56,348 nucleotides of DNA from a virus. Lineage: Duplodnaviria > Caudoviricetes. The notes beneath the pieces were generated by a model. It was not told where the DNA came from. It was given only the letters and a program-made list of their open reading frames with translations, and made no database searches. Shown in pieces: positions 29,298 to 38,490 of the stretch (position 1 is the first letter of the stretch; every line of letters starts with the position of its first letter). The position numbers and the translations under genes are program-made. Where the stretch lies: positions 1 to 56,348 of IMG/VR virus record IMGVR_UViG_3300025151_000042; one strand, given 5' to 3'.

Positions 29298-29917
29298 TCC
29301 TCACTCACCTTCTTACGTTTACGTAAGTGGTTGGCTACGGTTATAGAGTTGTCCTTTATATACTCCCAATGTTCATCATCATGTTCAAAAATGTCCGGTC
29401 TTTCTTTTTCCTTAGTTTTCTTTTTAGGCCAATTGACTCTCATATTTTTAGGTTTAATCTTGTAAGTCAGTAAAGCCCTAGAATACTTTTCCGGTAATAC
29501 TTTGTATGTTTTCGCTAGACTACGCCACACTTCTATGTCTACATCGTTTTGTTTTAAGAAAGCAATAACTAATGGTAAAGGTGTGTCTTGCATAACCTTG
29601 CTCACTCTTTTTCTATCGCTCCATGTGAGTAAAGATTTGATAGAGCCGAAGTAATTATCCTTAGATTTTATGAGCAACTTATCGTCAACTACTACTAAAT
29701 CTTCTATCTTCTTAGTTACTCTAGGTGCTTTTTCGGTAACAATAACTAATCTGTTTTGTATGACAGGACTCCATTGTTCAACTTCTTTTACCCCAAACTT
29801 ATCCGTATGCAATATGTAAGTGATATTAGCATTCGTGGGAGCAGTATCTAGTTTACCATACATAACAAGATAATCTCCTGTCATAAATGGCGTAGCGTCT
29901 TTTGTAAAAATTATCAT
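29288..29917 (-). CDS. hypothetical protein, possibly an ATPase-less clamp-loader large subunit
   Basis: Weak resemblance to the RFC-L collar (DNYFGSIKSLL...PLPLVIAFLKQN). Confidence 0.35.
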   Translation of the reverse strand: MIIFTKDATPFMTGDYLVMYGKLDTAPTNANITYILHTDKFGVKEVEQWSPVIQNRLVIVTEKAPRVTKKIEDLVVVDDKLLIKSKDNYFGSIKSLLTWSDRKRVSKVMQDTPLPLVIAFLKQNDVDIEVWRSLAKTYKVLPEKYSRALLTYKIKPKNMRVNWPKKKTKEKERPDIFEHDDEHWEYIKDNSITVANHLRKRKKVSEEWV

Positions 29918-29940
29918 TGTTGTACCCCGTTTCAATTTTT

Positions 29941-30225
29941 TTAGTCAATTTTTCTGTATTCGTCTTTATAAAGATTAACAAATGGGTCATTACCATATAT
30001 GTAATTGTTTACTCTATCCATTTGTGTTGGAGATAGCCCCCATACATCACCTATCACATTCTTGGCTACTTTGTATTCGGCATGATACCACACTATACCA
30101 TGACTAGTTATGTAGGCACTAATACCATCTTCGGCCATAGCCTCGATAAGATTAGGTATTTCTTTTTTCTCTAAAGTACGATTAATCATCATGCGTGTAG
30201 GTTTGTTACGCCACTTCTTACTCAT
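29941..30225 (-). CDS. hypothetical protein
   Basis: Coupled ORF in the operon. Confidence 0.6.
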   Translation of the reverse strand: MSKKWRNKPTRMMINRTLEKKEIPNLIEAMAEDGISAYITSHGIVWYHAEYKVAKNVIGDVWGLSPTQMDRVNNYIYGNDPFVNLYKDEYRKID

Positions 30226-30407
30226 GTCATCAACGCTCCAAACATTACTAGATTTACTATTGTACTAACAATAAACCCTATCATATACTTTTGTCTTAAG
30301 TTTACTTCTTTCTGCCACGCATTGTAAAACCAACTTGTAGTAGTTACAACATCTTTATCTTGTATTACTCTTTCTCCGTAAACTAACTTACCCCATATAT
30401 CTTTCAT
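30222..30407 (-). CDS. small protein with C-terminal TM helix
   Basis: ATGA overlaps at both ends; hydrophobic C-terminus. Confidence 0.6.
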   Translation of the reverse strand: MKDIWGKLVYGERVIQDKDVVTTTSWFYNAWQKEVNLRQKYMIGFIVSTIVNLVMFGALMT

Positions 30408-31030
30408 TCTTTAATCACCTCCTTATATTCTACATCTATAACAGGTGCGGATAAAGCATTAAGTTTCTTTTCCACACTATCTAACAATAAGTGGTCGTGT
30501 CCTAGAACATCCACTAATATTCTACTAACATCGGACATTTGCATTTGGGCTAAAAGTAACTGAGAATCTACACCAATTTCTTTCTTCAACTGTCCAACTA
30601 GTTTTAAGGAAGTATTAGCCTGTCCTATCAATCTTGCCGCATCTGCTACGAACTCACTAGTAATGCCACCTTCTGCTTCTTTTCTTATCTCTAATTCATC
30701 TAGATAAGATTGAATCCTCTTCACTATATCTTCTGCCGCATCTAGGGTGTTGATAGACTGAGAACGTGCCTCTTCTACGTGTTTAGCCTCTGATGGGTCA
30801 TATTCCATATGGTAGTCCATATGATGCATGACTGTACCATCCGGCCAATTATATTTACCTTCAAGATACGCAGGTGAAGAATCTCCTGTATGTACATCTA
30901 ATTCCATTTCCTTTCTGTTTTTATGTTGACAGAAATCACAATCGCCTTCTAGTACCCAACGTAATACTTCTATCGCAAAAGCATCTTGTTCGTTATGTAA
31001 TCTCATTTCTATTTCTCTTTTACTTTTCAT
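30404..31030 (-). CDS. Zn-finger/HTH plus coiled-coil protein (terminase small subunit-like architecture)
   Basis: CDFCQH...HHMDYH followed by long helices and an IDVEY tail. Confidence 0.45.
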   Translation of the reverse strand: MKSKREIEMRLHNEQDAFAIEVLRWVLEGDCDFCQHKNRKEMELDVHTGDSSPAYLEGKYNWPDGTVMHHMDYHMEYDPSEAKHVEEARSQSINTLDAAEDIVKRIQSYLDELEIRKEAEGGITSEFVADAARLIGQANTSLKLVGQLKKEIGVDSQLLLAQMQMSDVSRILVDVLGHDHLLLDSVEKKLNALSAPVIDVEYKEVIKE

Positions 31031-31418
31031 CTTTATCCCTCTGTGACGGTCTTGTCGGTCTTGATTTATTTTCTACTGATTGGTCTGTATAGTCATAAGA
31101 CGGGTCGCAATCAAAATACTCTTCATAGTCTTGTAACTGACAAGAGTATGTTCTAGGTTTAGTATCGTATTTTTTTATGATAGGGTGTCTATTCATCCTA
31201 CTTTCTAATGCTCTTAGAGATATTGACCTAGCACTTAATCTATACAATTTACCGCTTTTGTATGTCATATGTTCGTAACATTCAGCAGCAGTACGTGGAG
31301 TACTTTTACCTAAAAGATACCTAGCAGCACATTTCATAGAATCGTTTTGTTTACTCATTGTTCTTTTACTTAATCTTCCCTTCAATTCTCTATGCATTTT
31401 TACGTACCCCCCAATCAA
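31020..31418 (-). CDS. winged-helix-like protein
   Basis: YLLGKSTPRTAAECYE...SLRALESRMNRHP. Confidence 0.45.
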   Translation of the reverse strand: MIGGYVKMHRELKGRLSKRTMSKQNDSMKCAARYLLGKSTPRTAAECYEHMTYKSGKLYRLSARSISLRALESRMNRHPIIKKYDTKPRTYSCQLQDYEEYFDCDPSYDYTDQSVENKSRPTRPSQRDKDEK

Positions 31419-32745
31419 TATTTTCTACACTTTCACTAACATTACCGAACCGACAAATAACACCCTTTCGACCACGCCTTTTTACAGCAGGTTCATGTTC
31501 GGTGTACCATGTCTGAGACTCAAGATTTTCTATCAACCATCTCTTTGCCGACTGATAATCTCCGTTAGTAATCATTCTAGAAATCTCCTTCAACAATTGA
31601 CTCTTAGGTATATCCTTCATCCAAAATGCCGACCTTATCAAGTCTAGGTCTGCATCCATTACTGTCCTTCTCATGTTTAGTGATTGATTTAGTATTTCCC
31701 TTAAAGTATCATCAAGCCTAATAATCAATGGTTCTCCACCACGATATTCCGGCTGCATCATAGCATATCCAATACACATTCTACGGAATAAATCTGCCTC
31801 AAAAGAACGTACATCGGGTCTATCTATCCACTCCATAATATCATCCTCGAATAATATTCCTGTCGGTGGATTAGCGACTGCCGTTTCTATCCTGTGCCTA
31901 ATCCATGCACGAATCTCCATGTTAAGATTAGCCAATTCTGCCCTCTCTTCTGTCTGCATATTTGCTTGACGATGCTGTGCTATTTTATAGGCTCTTTCTT
32001 TCTCCGGTGTCATCTCTATATCTATGATAAAGAAACGTCTATCAAGACCACTATCTAACTCAAATCTAGCAGGTTGTGTACCTGCCCATATAGAGTATCT
32101 AGTTGTGTAATTGACCCAACCATTTCTCATAGCCTTTTGTACTCTACCATTATCTAGTGAGGTAAGCAACTGATTCTTCATGTCTAGGCTGTGGTCTTTT
32201 TTAGATGCATCAGACATAGAAGAAAACTCTTCAAAGCCTAAGAAGCCGCCACACATTTCTCTAGCGATTGGTCGCCCTGCTATGTTACCTTCTTCATCTA
32301 CCGAGCCAAACATACCCGCCTCAGTAATAGAGTTAGCACCCATCATTGTCCTAACACCTTGCCCTAAATCTTGATTACTATTGTATAGTAGTCCTGTACC
32401 CTCGGCTAAGAACATAAGAATCAATACAGATTTACCCGAACCTTTTTGTCCTCTCATCAATATGTGAATACGTGTATCGGGCAACTGAGACATAGGGGTA
32501 TAGAATGGCATATTGTCATGTCTAAGAGGACAGTTTTCTATAACGAAATCACCATCCTCTTCATTTACTAATGGACTATCGGGGTCAAAATCACAACGGC
32601 TACATTTATTTAAGGTATTAAAAAGATGACCACCTACACTACATAGAAAGATAGGTATTTTATCTTCTACATCTACGAAGTAATTTCTACGTGCAAACTC
32701 TATTGTCTTTTCAAAGACATTAAACCTCCTTATTTGTGTACTCAT
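31390..32745 (-). CDS. MCM-like AAA+ helicase (N-terminally reduced)
   Basis: HILMRGQKGSGKS, ITEAGMFG, GFLGFEEF, LDNGRV, AGTQP and Arg finger LDRRF. Confidence 0.8.
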   Translation of the reverse strand: MSTQIRRFNVFEKTIEFARRNYFVDVEDKIPIFLCSVGGHLFNTLNKCSRCDFDPDSPLVNEEDGDFVIENCPLRHDNMPFYTPMSQLPDTRIHILMRGQKGSGKSVLILMFLAEGTGLLYNSNQDLGQGVRTMMGANSITEAGMFGSVDEEGNIAGRPIAREMCGGFLGFEEFSSMSDASKKDHSLDMKNQLLTSLDNGRVQKAMRNGWVNYTTRYSIWAGTQPARFELDSGLDRRFFIIDIEMTPEKERAYKIAQHRQANMQTEERAELANLNMEIRAWIRHRIETAVANPPTGILFEDDIMEWIDRPDVRSFEADLFRRMCIGYAMMQPEYRGGEPLIIRLDDTLREILNQSLNMRRTVMDADLDLIRSAFWMKDIPKSQLLKEISRMITNGDYQSAKRWLIENLESQTWYTEHEPAVKRRGRKGVICRFGNVSESVENIDWGVRKNA

Positions 32746-33525
32746 TTACTCACCTGCTGTATGTCCTTCTATATCTAATAGTGCCTCTTCAACCTGTAAC
32801 ATATAGTTAGGGTCAATATTGAGGAAGTGTGTCTCGGATAAAAACTTTACTAATGCATCTACGGATTTAGTATTGACAAAAGTACTTTTTGTATTACTAC
32901 AAACTATTAGGTAATTACCTTTATTTTTATCGGAAAAGTTTTCAAAGACTTCAGAAAACATCCACGATGGCGGAGGCATTATCAATTGCCTGTTAGTAGA
33001 TTCTCCACTATTCACGAAAAATGCTTTTTCTGTTTTTCTACCGTAATCATAAACTAACACATCATCATCGGGTATTTGTAACATATCTTCATACAGATAT
33101 TCTTGCATGATATTTGTAGTAAGGTATGACATCTCATCTACTCCTAGTTTATTTAACGCTAAAACTATATCTCTCATCACAGGATAGTTATACAACCACG
33201 CCTTAGTTTTATCTTGGCTGACAACATAAGTATGAGACATACGAAGAATGAAATATCTTCTACCTACATTGTTGTATAATTCATACATTCTCCATTCGGG
33301 AAAACTTGGGTTAGGTACACTATTCATTGGCTCTACATTATGTAGTTTGGAAAATATCTTACATACAGGTTTTTCTTCACCTACTAATCCACTACACGCC
33401 ACGAAAGACGCAAAGCCTTGTTCTCCTTGAAAATACACTAATAGAGACGTAGGCTCTACTGTTACATTTTTTAACCATACTAAATCTGTATCGCCCATTT
33501 GTTGTACTATTTTTTCACTCATCAT
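32746..33525 (-). CDS. divergent PAC2-family (proteasome assembly chaperone-like) protein
   Basis: LLVYFQGEQGFASFVACSGL, WRMYE, FILRM and IVLALNKLGVDEMSYL parallel the PAC2 pattern (LIxGFPGxGxVGxIA ... LY ... LGVxxIIxL). Confidence 0.5.
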   Translation of the reverse strand: MMSEKIVQQMGDTDLVWLKNVTVEPTSLLVYFQGEQGFASFVACSGLVGEEKPVCKIFSKLHNVEPMNSVPNPSFPEWRMYELYNNVGRRYFILRMSHTYVVSQDKTKAWLYNYPVMRDIVLALNKLGVDEMSYLTTNIMQEYLYEDMLQIPDDDVLVYDYGRKTEKAFFVNSGESTNRQLIMPPPSWMFSEVFENFSDKNKGNYLIVCSNTKSTFVNTKSVDALVKFLSETHFLNIDPNYMLQVEEALLDIEGHTAGE

Positions 33526-33898
33526 TGTTCATCCTCTCCTGTACTACATCTCTCAAGAACTTGGGAAATCTATGTAGTTGTTTTTTCGATAAAATTACTT
33601 TATCTACTACTGTCTCGATAGGTCTTACATCCCATACTGATATAATATTATTAGCCGAAGTATATTGGTGTGGTATGTCACCCATCTTTTCAAAAAGTAT
33701 GCTTCTACTCAATACTGCTGCCGCCCTTATACAAGAAATGGTATCTTTAGCCTTCATACCTCTCTTATTCATTCTATCATTATACCAATCAGTTATTTCT
33801 CTTGTATTTTTTTGTCCGTGTTCGCTGACATACTTGTAGACCTCAGTTTGAAATCTCTTGTTCAACGCCCCACTTCTCTTACTAGTCCTGTTACTCAT
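33515..33898 (-). CDS. winged-helix protein (paralog of 36966..37379)
   Basis: YKYVSEHGQKNTREI...VLSRSILF...FPKFLRD. Confidence 0.6.
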   Translation of the reverse strand: MSNRTSKRSGALNKRFQTEVYKYVSEHGQKNTREITDWYNDRMNKRGMKAKDTISCIRAAAVLSRSILFEKMGDIPHQYTSANNIISVWDVRPIETVVDKVILSKKQLHRFPKFLRDVVQERMNNDE

Positions 33899-33951
33899 AT
33901 TTTTTCCACTCCTGTATTACGGTTTTAATTATTTTCTTTTGTTATGTTGTC

Positions 33952-34106
33952 TACAAAAATAATAAAACGCTGTACTGAAAGCCTATTATTTATTTTTTTT
34001 ATTTCTTCTATAATGTTTTAGAGACTAACCTAATACCATACATACTATTGAAGAAATTAAAAAATTAAAAAATAATAGAGCAGTAACACGTTTTATTTTT
34101 TTTGTA
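33952..34106. repeat. long imperfect AT-rich inverted repeat, copy 1
   Basis: Outer arms TACAAAAATAATAAAACGCTGTACTG / CAGTAACACGTTTTATTTTTTTTGTA; inner arms TATTTCTTC / GAAGAAATT. Confidence 0.8.
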
Positions 34107-34116
34107 CACCTCCTAA

Positions 34117-34920
34117 TTATTGAAAAATTAATAAATAATTCTCATATTCTAGTCTATTTCTATCTGCAAAATCTATACTATTTGCTCTTGCTTTTGTAAA
34201 TGGTTGTTCGGGTAGTTCTTTTACGTTAATATTATCCATAGCATCTAAATGTTTTTCTACCTCATCATGGAATATCTCTAGTGGTACTAGATGTGTCCAA
34301 AATGATAGCATAGAAGTACGTAGAGGCTGAATAAACCCATCACCTAACTCATATCTACCGACAATGTAAGTACGCTGTGTAGCACACACTATTTCTATCG
34401 TTTTTTTACCGTTAATATAAACAAGTGTGGGGTACATTTTACCATCTATCTTACTCATTCTCATGTATGAATCCCAATCGGGAGGTTTGTGCATGATATA
34501 AGCAGGTAATTGCTCGTATAATTCCACAAGATATTTACTTTTACTATCCCATGCTCCATCATCAATGCCATGTATAACACCGGAAGTAACCCACACACCA
34601 AAAAATGTATCGGGATAATCTTGTATGAATGATGATACTAAATCGTAGAAATCTATTTCGCCATCTATGGATAAAGAGAGCCAATGATTACAATCTAAAA
34701 ATGATACTTCATTATCCATAGACATAATAAATCTTGAGAAAATACTTGTATCAAGTATAGCAAAATCTTTATCAAGATATTTATCCCTTAAAAGTATTGT
34801 AGGTTTTTTGTAGAATGATTTACCCTTTCTACTTCCCTCACTTACTCTAGTATAGGGCATTGCCTCTACTAATTCTAAGTGTTTTACTTTTATGATAAAA
34901 TAATCATTCTTCTGACTCAT
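34117..34920 (-). CDS. hypothetical protein
   Basis: Long ORF; start taken at MSQKND. Confidence 0.7.
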   Translation of the reverse strand: MSQKNDYFIIKVKHLELVEAMPYTRVSEGSRKGKSFYKKPTILLRDKYLDKDFAILDTSIFSRFIMSMDNEVSFLDCNHWLSLSIDGEIDFYDLVSSFIQDYPDTFFGVWVTSGVIHGIDDGAWDSKSKYLVELYEQLPAYIMHKPPDWDSYMRMSKIDGKMYPTLVYINGKKTIEIVCATQRTYIVGRYELGDGFIQPLRTSMLSFWTHLVPLEIFHDEVEKHLDAMDNINVKELPEQPFTKARANSIDFADRNRLEYENYLLIFQ

Positions 34921-35155
34921 ACTGCATCCTCTCAACATGAACAGCATTTGCCTTACTCATAAGACTTCTAAACTCATCAGTTACTTTCTTTGGTGTCTTT
35001 TTACCCCACGAACCTATACTCATGTACTTACGCATATCACTAATCAAAATACGATACTCTTGAATCCTATCATCATCAGTCATATTTTCTCTTCTAAGTT
35101 TTTCAGCCTCTTCTGCTGCTTTCTTTTCCGCTAAAACTTCGCTGTACTTTCTCAT
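34904..35155 (-). CDS. hypothetical protein
   Basis: Coupled small ORF. Confidence 0.6.
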   Translation of the reverse strand: MRKYSEVLAEKKAAEEAEKLRRENMTDDDRIQEYRILISDMRKYMSIGSWGKKTPKKVTDEFRSLMSKANAVHVERMQYESEE

Positions 35156-35355
35156 CTATTACGCCTCTCTTTTAATGTGTATCTCTCTTCCAAAATGCGT
35201 TCTATCTCCCATATCGCTCTATTACTTTTAGACCATTCTCCATCATCGAATACATCCGTTTCTCTATACAGTTTGTATAGTGCATCCTTAGCATTTTCTA
35301 ATTCAGTCAATGCCTCTTCTATCCACCATCTAATATCATTCTCTTCTTCACTCAT
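35152..35355 (-). CDS. hypothetical protein
   Basis: Coupled small ORF. Confidence 0.6.
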   Translation of the reverse strand: MSEEENDIRWWIEEALTELENAKDALYKLYRETDVFDDGEWSKSNRAIWEIERILEERYTLKERRNR

Positions 35356-35618
35356 ATTTCTGCCCCCTCATCATCGTAAATATATGTGTTCACTCTGTAT
35401 GATGTACAACCTGCTGTGTGTCTACTACCCATGAATACCGTGTGTCCATTTTTGATAACTTTAACATTCTTCATTCCTTTTAAGATATTACTAACTGCTT
35501 TAGCATTACTTACTTTTCTCATATTAATACTATGATATATTTCTTCTGCTGTCATTGGCTCGCCTTTTTCTCGCAAAGTATCGCTAATCGCCTGTCTAGT
35601 TCTCGCGTGTCTCTTCAT
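35352..35618 (-). CDS. winged-helix protein
   Basis: ISDTLREKGEPMTAEEIY...AVSNILKG. Confidence 0.65.
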   Translation of the reverse strand: MKRHARTRQAISDTLREKGEPMTAEEIYHSINMRKVSNAKAVSNILKGMKNVKVIKNGHTVFMGSRHTAGCTSYRVNTYIYDDEGAEI

Positions 35619-35619
35619 A

Positions 35620-35883
35620 TTACTCCGACTCCGTTTCATCACTTAAAGGGTTCGCTTCATCGAGATAAAGATATAATTCACCACCAATGTTGACACTATG
35701 GAAATGTAATACGTCAATAATTTTTTGTGTGTATATTACACCATCCATCAATTCTTCTTTGAGATGTTGTAGCCATTGAAGTAAAGATAGGTCATCCCTA
35801 TCCATTGTAGTACCGTATTTGGCCTCGCCTTTTTTAGCACGTTCTCTAATCTCAGCAATTACTTTTTCCTCAATACTACTCAT
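35620..35883 (-). CDS. small MazG/NTP-pyrophosphohydrolase-like helical protein
   Basis: RAKKGEAKYGTTMDR...WLQHLKEELMDGVIY (EExxD motif); a common phage family. Confidence 0.55.
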   Translation of the reverse strand: MSSIEEKVIAEIRERAKKGEAKYGTTMDRDDLSLLQWLQHLKEELMDGVIYTQKIIDVLHFHSVNIGGELYLYLDEANPLSDETESE

Positions 35884-36102
35884 CAGAACCAACCTCCACA
35901 TTTACCACAAATACTTGGGTACATAGGTTTTTTACCATTACTTTTACCGCAAATACATTCATTCTCAACATTCATTATTCTTCACCATTCCATTCTTTTA
36001 AAGCATTCATTATATCTATAATGTCATCACCATTAAGCGGCTCTTGATAATTTACATACCATATATACTTGCATATATCTGCTAATTCATCGTCTGCAAA
36101 TC

Positions 36103-36399
36103 TCATTGTTCATCACCTTCCGTTGGTAGTATCATATTGATTATGTCTCGACCATTAGGTACTGTATGCACCTCTTCATGTGGCGACTCTATTAGATAGA
36201 GATTTGCTATTGTATTTACATCCCAATCTAGTATGTTAAAAATAGTACCGGACTTTAGATGTACATCTAAAGAACCATAAGTCTCTCTTTCGACTATTGC
36301 CGCAATCTCTCTTCTGTCAATTTTTACTTTTCCGGTAGTACAAACTAATGTATCTGACCAATATTCTCTTTTTAATTCACTCATGGTACATCTCTCCAA
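36103..36399 (-). CDS. hypothetical protein
   Basis: Coupled ORF. Confidence 0.55.
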   Translation of the reverse strand: MERCTMSELKREYWSDTLVCTTGKVKIDRREIAAIVERETYGSLDVHLKSGTIFNILDWDVNTIANLYLIESPHEEVHTVPNGRDIINMILPTEGDEQ

Positions 36400-36719
36400 A
36401 GCGTTTCGCGACCTACAAGGTTATGCCAATTACCTTTTTTATCTTGTACCATAATACCACTAGGCCACTTTGTATCTAAGTTATCGTAGGCATCAGATAC
36501 ACACGATGTTACATCTTTTTCTATCATACTACCATCATCTAATTCTACATATAATCTTCCGTATTTAACCCACCATTGTTTTACTTTACTTTCGGCAAAT
36601 GGGTTTGTATCATCATCTTCAAATACCTCTTCCAAATCTATACAACAATGTCCTTCATATGTTAATTCTATCTGTCTTATATCTTGATTATAAATTGCTT
36701 TTTCCTCAATACTACTCAT
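36381..36719 (-). CDS. hypothetical protein
   Basis: Acidic ORF starting MSSIEEK. Confidence 0.6.
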   Translation of the reverse strand: MSSIEEKAIYNQDIRQIELTYEGHCCIDLEEVFEDDDTNPFAESKVKQWWVKYGRLYVELDDGSMIEKDVTSCVSDAYDNLDTKWPSGIMVQDKKGNWHNLVGRETLWRDVP

Positions 36720-36965
36720 CTAAACCAACTCCCATTCAAAACCACAATCTATGTCCACATAATCATGTGGGTTTTCTCTTACATAATCCATGTAATCTTC
36801 AATACTTTGGTGCATCAAATCATCAATCTCAATCTCTATTTCTTCTTCAATTTCTACTTTTACTTTTACCTTTATTGTTTCAACCATTCTTCTTCAACTC
36901 CTCTGTTTGCCTTACGGACTTTGTATTTCATATTGTATCTATATTGTCTTGCTTTATTCTGTGCT

Positions 36966-37379
36966 TTACTCGGCATTCTTATTCACCTCTAATCTATCCG
37001 ACGTGTCCTCGGTATATATACTTTCTGCTTTACACTTCTCGTATGCTTCTCTAAGAACTCTTGGAAAATGTTTTGGGTCGGTCTGCATATGAGTTAATGA
37101 CGCTAATTTTCTTGCTACCTCATCAACATCTCTAATATTATATTTGTAAATCTTACTCTTGTTAGGGTATCTACCGAAACTTTCTTTTTCCCTAAAGAAA
37201 AGTCTGTTTTTAGATAACTTTTGAGCCAATTCTTTGTTGCTACAAAGACCTGTTTTTTTTACGCTTAAATCATGTTTCATATATGCCTCAATCAAATCTT
37301 TGGTAGACTGCATTCCATTTTTCTGTATGTAATCATAACAGAAATCTAGCATTTTTACTCTTGCTCTCCTACTACCCAT
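36966..37379 (-). CDS. winged-helix protein (paralog of 33515..33898)
   Basis: YDYIQKNGMQSTKDL...KLSKNRLF...FPRVLRE. Confidence 0.6.
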   Translation of the reverse strand: MGSRRARVKMLDFCYDYIQKNGMQSTKDLIEAYMKHDLSVKKTGLCSNKELAQKLSKNRLFFREKESFGRYPNKSKIYKYNIRDVDEVARKLASLTHMQTDPKHFPRVLREAYEKCKAESIYTEDTSDRLEVNKNAE

Positions 37380-37568
37380 TTATTCTTCCCACCCTAAATG
37401 TAAATCGTCTAGCATATTCTCAAGACATATGGTATGTTGTTGTGTTTGGCTACATGTGTAGCATCGTATGGTAACAAGTACATCTTCACTATCATTGATA
37501 ACCTCAAAGTCATCAATGTAGACATTATCGTGTAAACATACTTTATTGTATATCCATCTTCTATTCAT
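37380..37568 (-). CDS. small Cys/His protein
   Basis: CLH...CYTC; starts MNRRW. Confidence 0.6.
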   Translation of the reverse strand: MNRRWIYNKVCLHDNVYIDDFEVINDSEDVLVTIRCYTCSQTQQHTICLENMLDDLHLGWEE

Positions 37569-37723
37569 TCTTCATCATCCTCACTTACTTTTACGGGTAA
37601 TGTACCTTCATACAGAATACCATTTACCTTTATCTTAACATACAATTTATATCCACTAATTCCCGCACCTTGAAGATGATAATCTAATATCTTAGTTTCT
37701 GTATCTCTCCATCTTCTATTCAT
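37565..37723 (-). CDS. small protein (52 aa) flanked by 35-bp direct repeats, not in ORF track
   Basis: MNRRWRDTETKILDY...VSEDDEE*; ATGA overlaps at both ends. Confidence 0.65.
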   Translation of the reverse strand: MNRRWRDTETKILDYHLQGAGISGYKLYVKIKVNGILYEGTLPVKVSEDDEE

Positions 37724-38010
37724 TCTTCCTCATCCTCACTTAATATACCTCTAGATTCACTTCGCCAATCAATATTTTTACCGCGTACTCTCTTATCTCC
37801 ACATACCGTTAATGTAGGTAAATGATTTACTCTGAAAGCCCTGCTATCATCTATACCTAAGTTAATTTTATCCTTAAAGAATAAATTAATACAACTTATA
37901 TTACCGTCAGAATCCATTACATGAATCTTCAATAAATGCGGTAATTTTTCATTGGCTGCTGCTATTCTTATTTCCTTAATGCCGTGTGCATTCAAGTCCA
38001 CTCCGTTCAT
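37720..38010 (-). CDS. hypothetical protein
   Basis: AGGAG SD; TATA-like box upstream. Confidence 0.6.
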   Translation of the reverse strand: MNGVDLNAHGIKEIRIAAANEKLPHLLKIHVMDSDGNISCINLFFKDKINLGIDDSRAFRVNHLPTLTVCGDKRVRGKNIDWRSESRGILSEDEEE

Positions 38011-38226
38011 GTTTGTCGCTCCTGTTCTTTACTTATAGTCTTATGGGTGTAGCATTCTCCTTTTTTTGTGGGGGAGGTACGGCTTTTTGTGAAAAAGGAG
38101 GAAAAAACAGCCGCCCTCCCGCCTTGAGTTTTATTTAAGAAAAAACTACTCATAGGAATACCCCTACAAATATACATATTATTGATAATACTATTAAGGT
38201 AATAGTTTGTGTGAAATCTTCGTCCA

Positions 38227-38490
38227 TCATTCCTCTTCATCTCCTAATTGTGTTGTTGTATACCAATCAACCCATTCTAAATGTTCTGTAACTGTATCAT
38301 CATCTATACAGGCTATACAACAACAATCATAATCATGACTTGTTACATTTAACATTACAATAACATTACCATTTTGGTCTACTCCTTCTGACCAAACATT
38401 TTTATTTTTTAGGTCAAAGATTTCTTCATATGGATTATTACTTTTACCATAAATAAAACCTTGATTGTAAAACATATCCGGCATCTTCAT
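38227..38490 (-). CDS. hypothetical protein
   Basis: Coupled ORF containing CCCIAC. Confidence 0.55.
   Translation of the reverse strand: MKMPDMFYNQGFIYGKSNNPYEEIFDLKNKNVWSEGVDQNGNVIVMLNVTSHDYDCCCIACIDDDTVTEHLEWVDWYTTTQLGDEEE

Noticed and set aside
38007-38240. 77-aa ORF
   Set aside because: It crosses two TATA-like boxes and a GC hairpin (38071-38120); more likely regulatory sequence.
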